DNA of 64,000 bases. It comes from Vitrella brassicaformis CCMP3155 (lineage: Eukaryota > Protista > Chromerida). Under the pieces are notes generated by a model. The model was not told the origin of the DNA. It saw only the letters and a list, made by a program, of their open reading frames with translations, and did no database searches. Position numbers and translations under genes: made by a program. Location of the stretch: assembly GCA_001179505.1 (NCBI GenBank), contig CDMY01000287.1:62001-126000 (forward strand), read 5' to 3'. Below are positions 61,801 through 64,000 of this stretch, piece by piece; positions within the stretch are counted from its first letter, which is position 1, and every line of letters begins with the position of its first letter.

Positions 61801-64000
61801 TAGGGGCTCGCTCACTGACGTCTGCCCCAACCGAGGCCATAAAGCATGTATGTCTCAAAGCACACACCTCAAGGCGTCAAAGTACACCCCATCCTATAGA
61901 CTAAGCGCTCTTGTCCAGCGAGGAAGCACACACCTCTCGTCAACGAGAGCAAGAAGCGACGGAACTGCACGAACACATGAACGACAGGGGATGGATGGAC
62001 ACTGCAGTGGTGTGCTCTTCCTGCCTGCGTGCCTGCCTGTTTGAGTGCCTGCATACCTCCGTTTGCGGCGGGAGGGCCGCGTGTTGTGGTGGTGCCTGGT
62101 GTGGTGCCTGCGGAGACTACAACACGGGCTGACATGTGTGGCTGCTGTGGTGGTGGAGGAATTGGCGAGTGTGAGGGGGCGGTGGGCTTGGTAATGGTGG
62201 CGGGGGGGACGGAGACAGCGGCCGGAACCGTGGAGGGTCGATGGGCTCCCACAGCTCATTCGGGATGAACATCTCGCCATCGTCATCCTGCAGAGGCATG
62301 GAGAAGGAAAGGTGGATCAAGTCTGCCATTGTAGACACGTCGGGTGTCTTTCTTGTGTACCCGAGCTTCTGAGAGAGAGGGCCAGAGTGGCTGGGTGGCG
62401 TCTTGTGTTGGTGATGTTATCGTGATGAAGGGCGGGTGGATCTTCTGATGATGAGACACACACACGCACAAGAGAGACGTTCCACGGTTGCAATATTGTT
62501 TTCCCCCTTCTGTTTGTTTGCCTGAGATGTACGTGAAGCCGTGCCCTGCACACATACACACACACACACACACACAATGGACGCGGAAAGAGGTGCACGC
62601 CCTTTCCCGTGCCGCTACATACATGAGCAAGCCGTTCTGCCACTCGCTTCTCTCCAGCCTGGCCTGCAAGTCGACCTGCTGCGTCGCACACCCCTGAGTG
62701 AACACACAATTCACATGCCCGCACACACCATTCCCTCAGCCGTGTGCTTCTGTATGTCCGTCAGCCGTGTGTGCACAGAGCTCCGCACACCTTCCTCTTC
62801 CGCTCGGTCCAGATTGGCACAGATCGGCTGGCCTGGACGCACCTCATGCCAATGACGGCCGTGTCTTGTCAGCAGGTTATTCCTCTCCAGCTGCTGGTAG
62901 TACTGTGTCTGATGGCACAAAGTGTATGCGTCCGCACTATGAGCGAACAGCGGTTTATGTCTGCCTGCCTGCCTGGCTTTCTTCTTTCGCTGACCTCGGC
63001 GGATGACCAAGCGCGGCGCTGTGAGAGCATGAAACGTCGAAACTACACGCACAAACACAAGACGCAAGCAGGCAGTGCCGTTCCTGTCCGTGTGTCTGCA
63101 CGCACGCCTGCATACCTGCAAGTGTGGGGGGAGGACCGTGTGGTCTTCTGGTGGGGCCAACCTGGTGAGCGGCGGATGCACGTTCTGATGACAACACACA
63201 CACACACACACAACAGGCGTATGTTATTGCCATTGCCACCAGCAGTAGGAGGGGGAATCTGTGTTTGCCTTGAGTGTCAGCAGCTCTTCGCGATAGACAT
63301 TCAACTCCATCCTGCACAGAGACACACACACACGGATGGACAAGCGAACGAACGCATTTGTGCCCATCGAAGTGCCCCCCTCCGTACATGAGCAGGCCGT
63401 TCTGCCACTCGCTCCTCTCCACCCTGGCCTGCAGATCGGCCTGCTGCGTCACGCATCCCTGAGTGAGTACACAATACACATGCCCCCACACACCAATCCC
63501 TCAGCCTTGTATTTTCACGGGTCTGCGTGGGTATCGACTCACGTCTCGTTCATCTATTTGCTCTCGCAGCCGCGAGAGGTCCCTCACTTGCTGGTGATGT
63601 ACTCGGTGATGCGTGAACTTCGCGCCTCCGCGCTCTCGTGGGCCTCCCTCTCCTTCTCCAGCAGCTCTTTCATCCTGAGGGAAAAGACGACAACACGAAA
63701 CACACAACATGTAGGTGTGCCATGGTGTGTGTTCTCTACCCTCTTACTCTGCGACGGTGTGGCGGTTCTCCTCGGCCTCTGCCTCAAGCTTGAGGCACCT
63801 CTCCTTCTCGTCCCTGCAGAAGTTGAAGAGAGGATAATGCAAACCGAATCTTCCGTCGATCAGTGGACGCCTCACTGGAGCTCACAGAGTCGGTCTTCCT
63901 TGTCCTCCCGAAGACGCCTTAAAACACACACATTCCGGTCACAGTGTAGTTGGCGACGTGATGGCGATTCTGCGTGCTTACTCGCATTCAATGAGCAGCT
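55840..64000 (-). repeat. Array 2 of the same exon-modular family; runs off the right edge of the window
   Basis: Same modules as array 1: RTMRRTLGYRLLVG (57140, 57880), QHKYVxLWSxAW..RPP (57280, 58020), EFARHFEQRGDL (58630), QxDLQARxERSEWQNGLLM (62630, 63390; cf. 25460), IPNELWEP (62250; cf. 25080), ..SRLREQIDERD (63550; cf. 25640). 55850-56090 is a direct repeat of 62810-63070. Confidence 0.8.

Noticed and set aside
5200-64000. Hundreds of overlapping 60-250 aa ORFs rich in CVCV/HTHT/TDRQ/GWMD
   Set aside because: These are translations of intronic (GT)n, (CA)n, (GACA)n and (GGAT)n microsatellites in a GC-rich genome, not genes.
23830-64000. Helitron, retroelement or endogenous virus as the carrier of the captured fragments
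   Set aside because: I saw no Rep/helicase, RT, integrase, capsid or polB motifs, no LTRs or poly-A tails, and no convincing hairpin-CTRR end. The mechanism remains unassigned.

Overview
Eukaryotic nuclear DNA: GC-rich, with very many short (about 60-100 nt) introns full of (GT)n/(CA)n, (GACA)n and (GGAT)n microsatellites, and five 300-N scaffold gaps. The gene structure and plastid-type bipartite leaders suggest a chromerid alga such as Vitrella brassicaformis; this is an inference, not a database match. From 1-23.4 kb it is mostly ordinary genes: two tandem RING-CH (MARCH-type) E3 ligase copies, both apparently disabled; a CinA-like/HxGH nucleotidyltransferase fusion; a signal-peptide-bearing THUMP/RlmL-type RNA methyltransferase; a secreted GH10 xylanase with about six Cys-rich repeats lying head-to-head with a sulfatase-LamG-LamG protein; and a putative plastid-targeted membrane protein. 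From 23.8-64 kb it is a rearranged accessory zone dominated by a lineage-specific family of short exon modules repeated in different orders. Pieces of housekeeping genes are spliced in frame into this family: a CSN3 N-terminal fragment twice, and a frameshifted SEC13 copy sitting inside a ~12 kb inverted duplication. A cluster of four RING-TLDc/TLDc copies, most of them decayed, lies at 51.4-55.8 kb. I saw no rRNA, tRNA, CRISPR array or transposase. All exon models were assembled by eye, so boundaries are approximate unless a base position is quoted.
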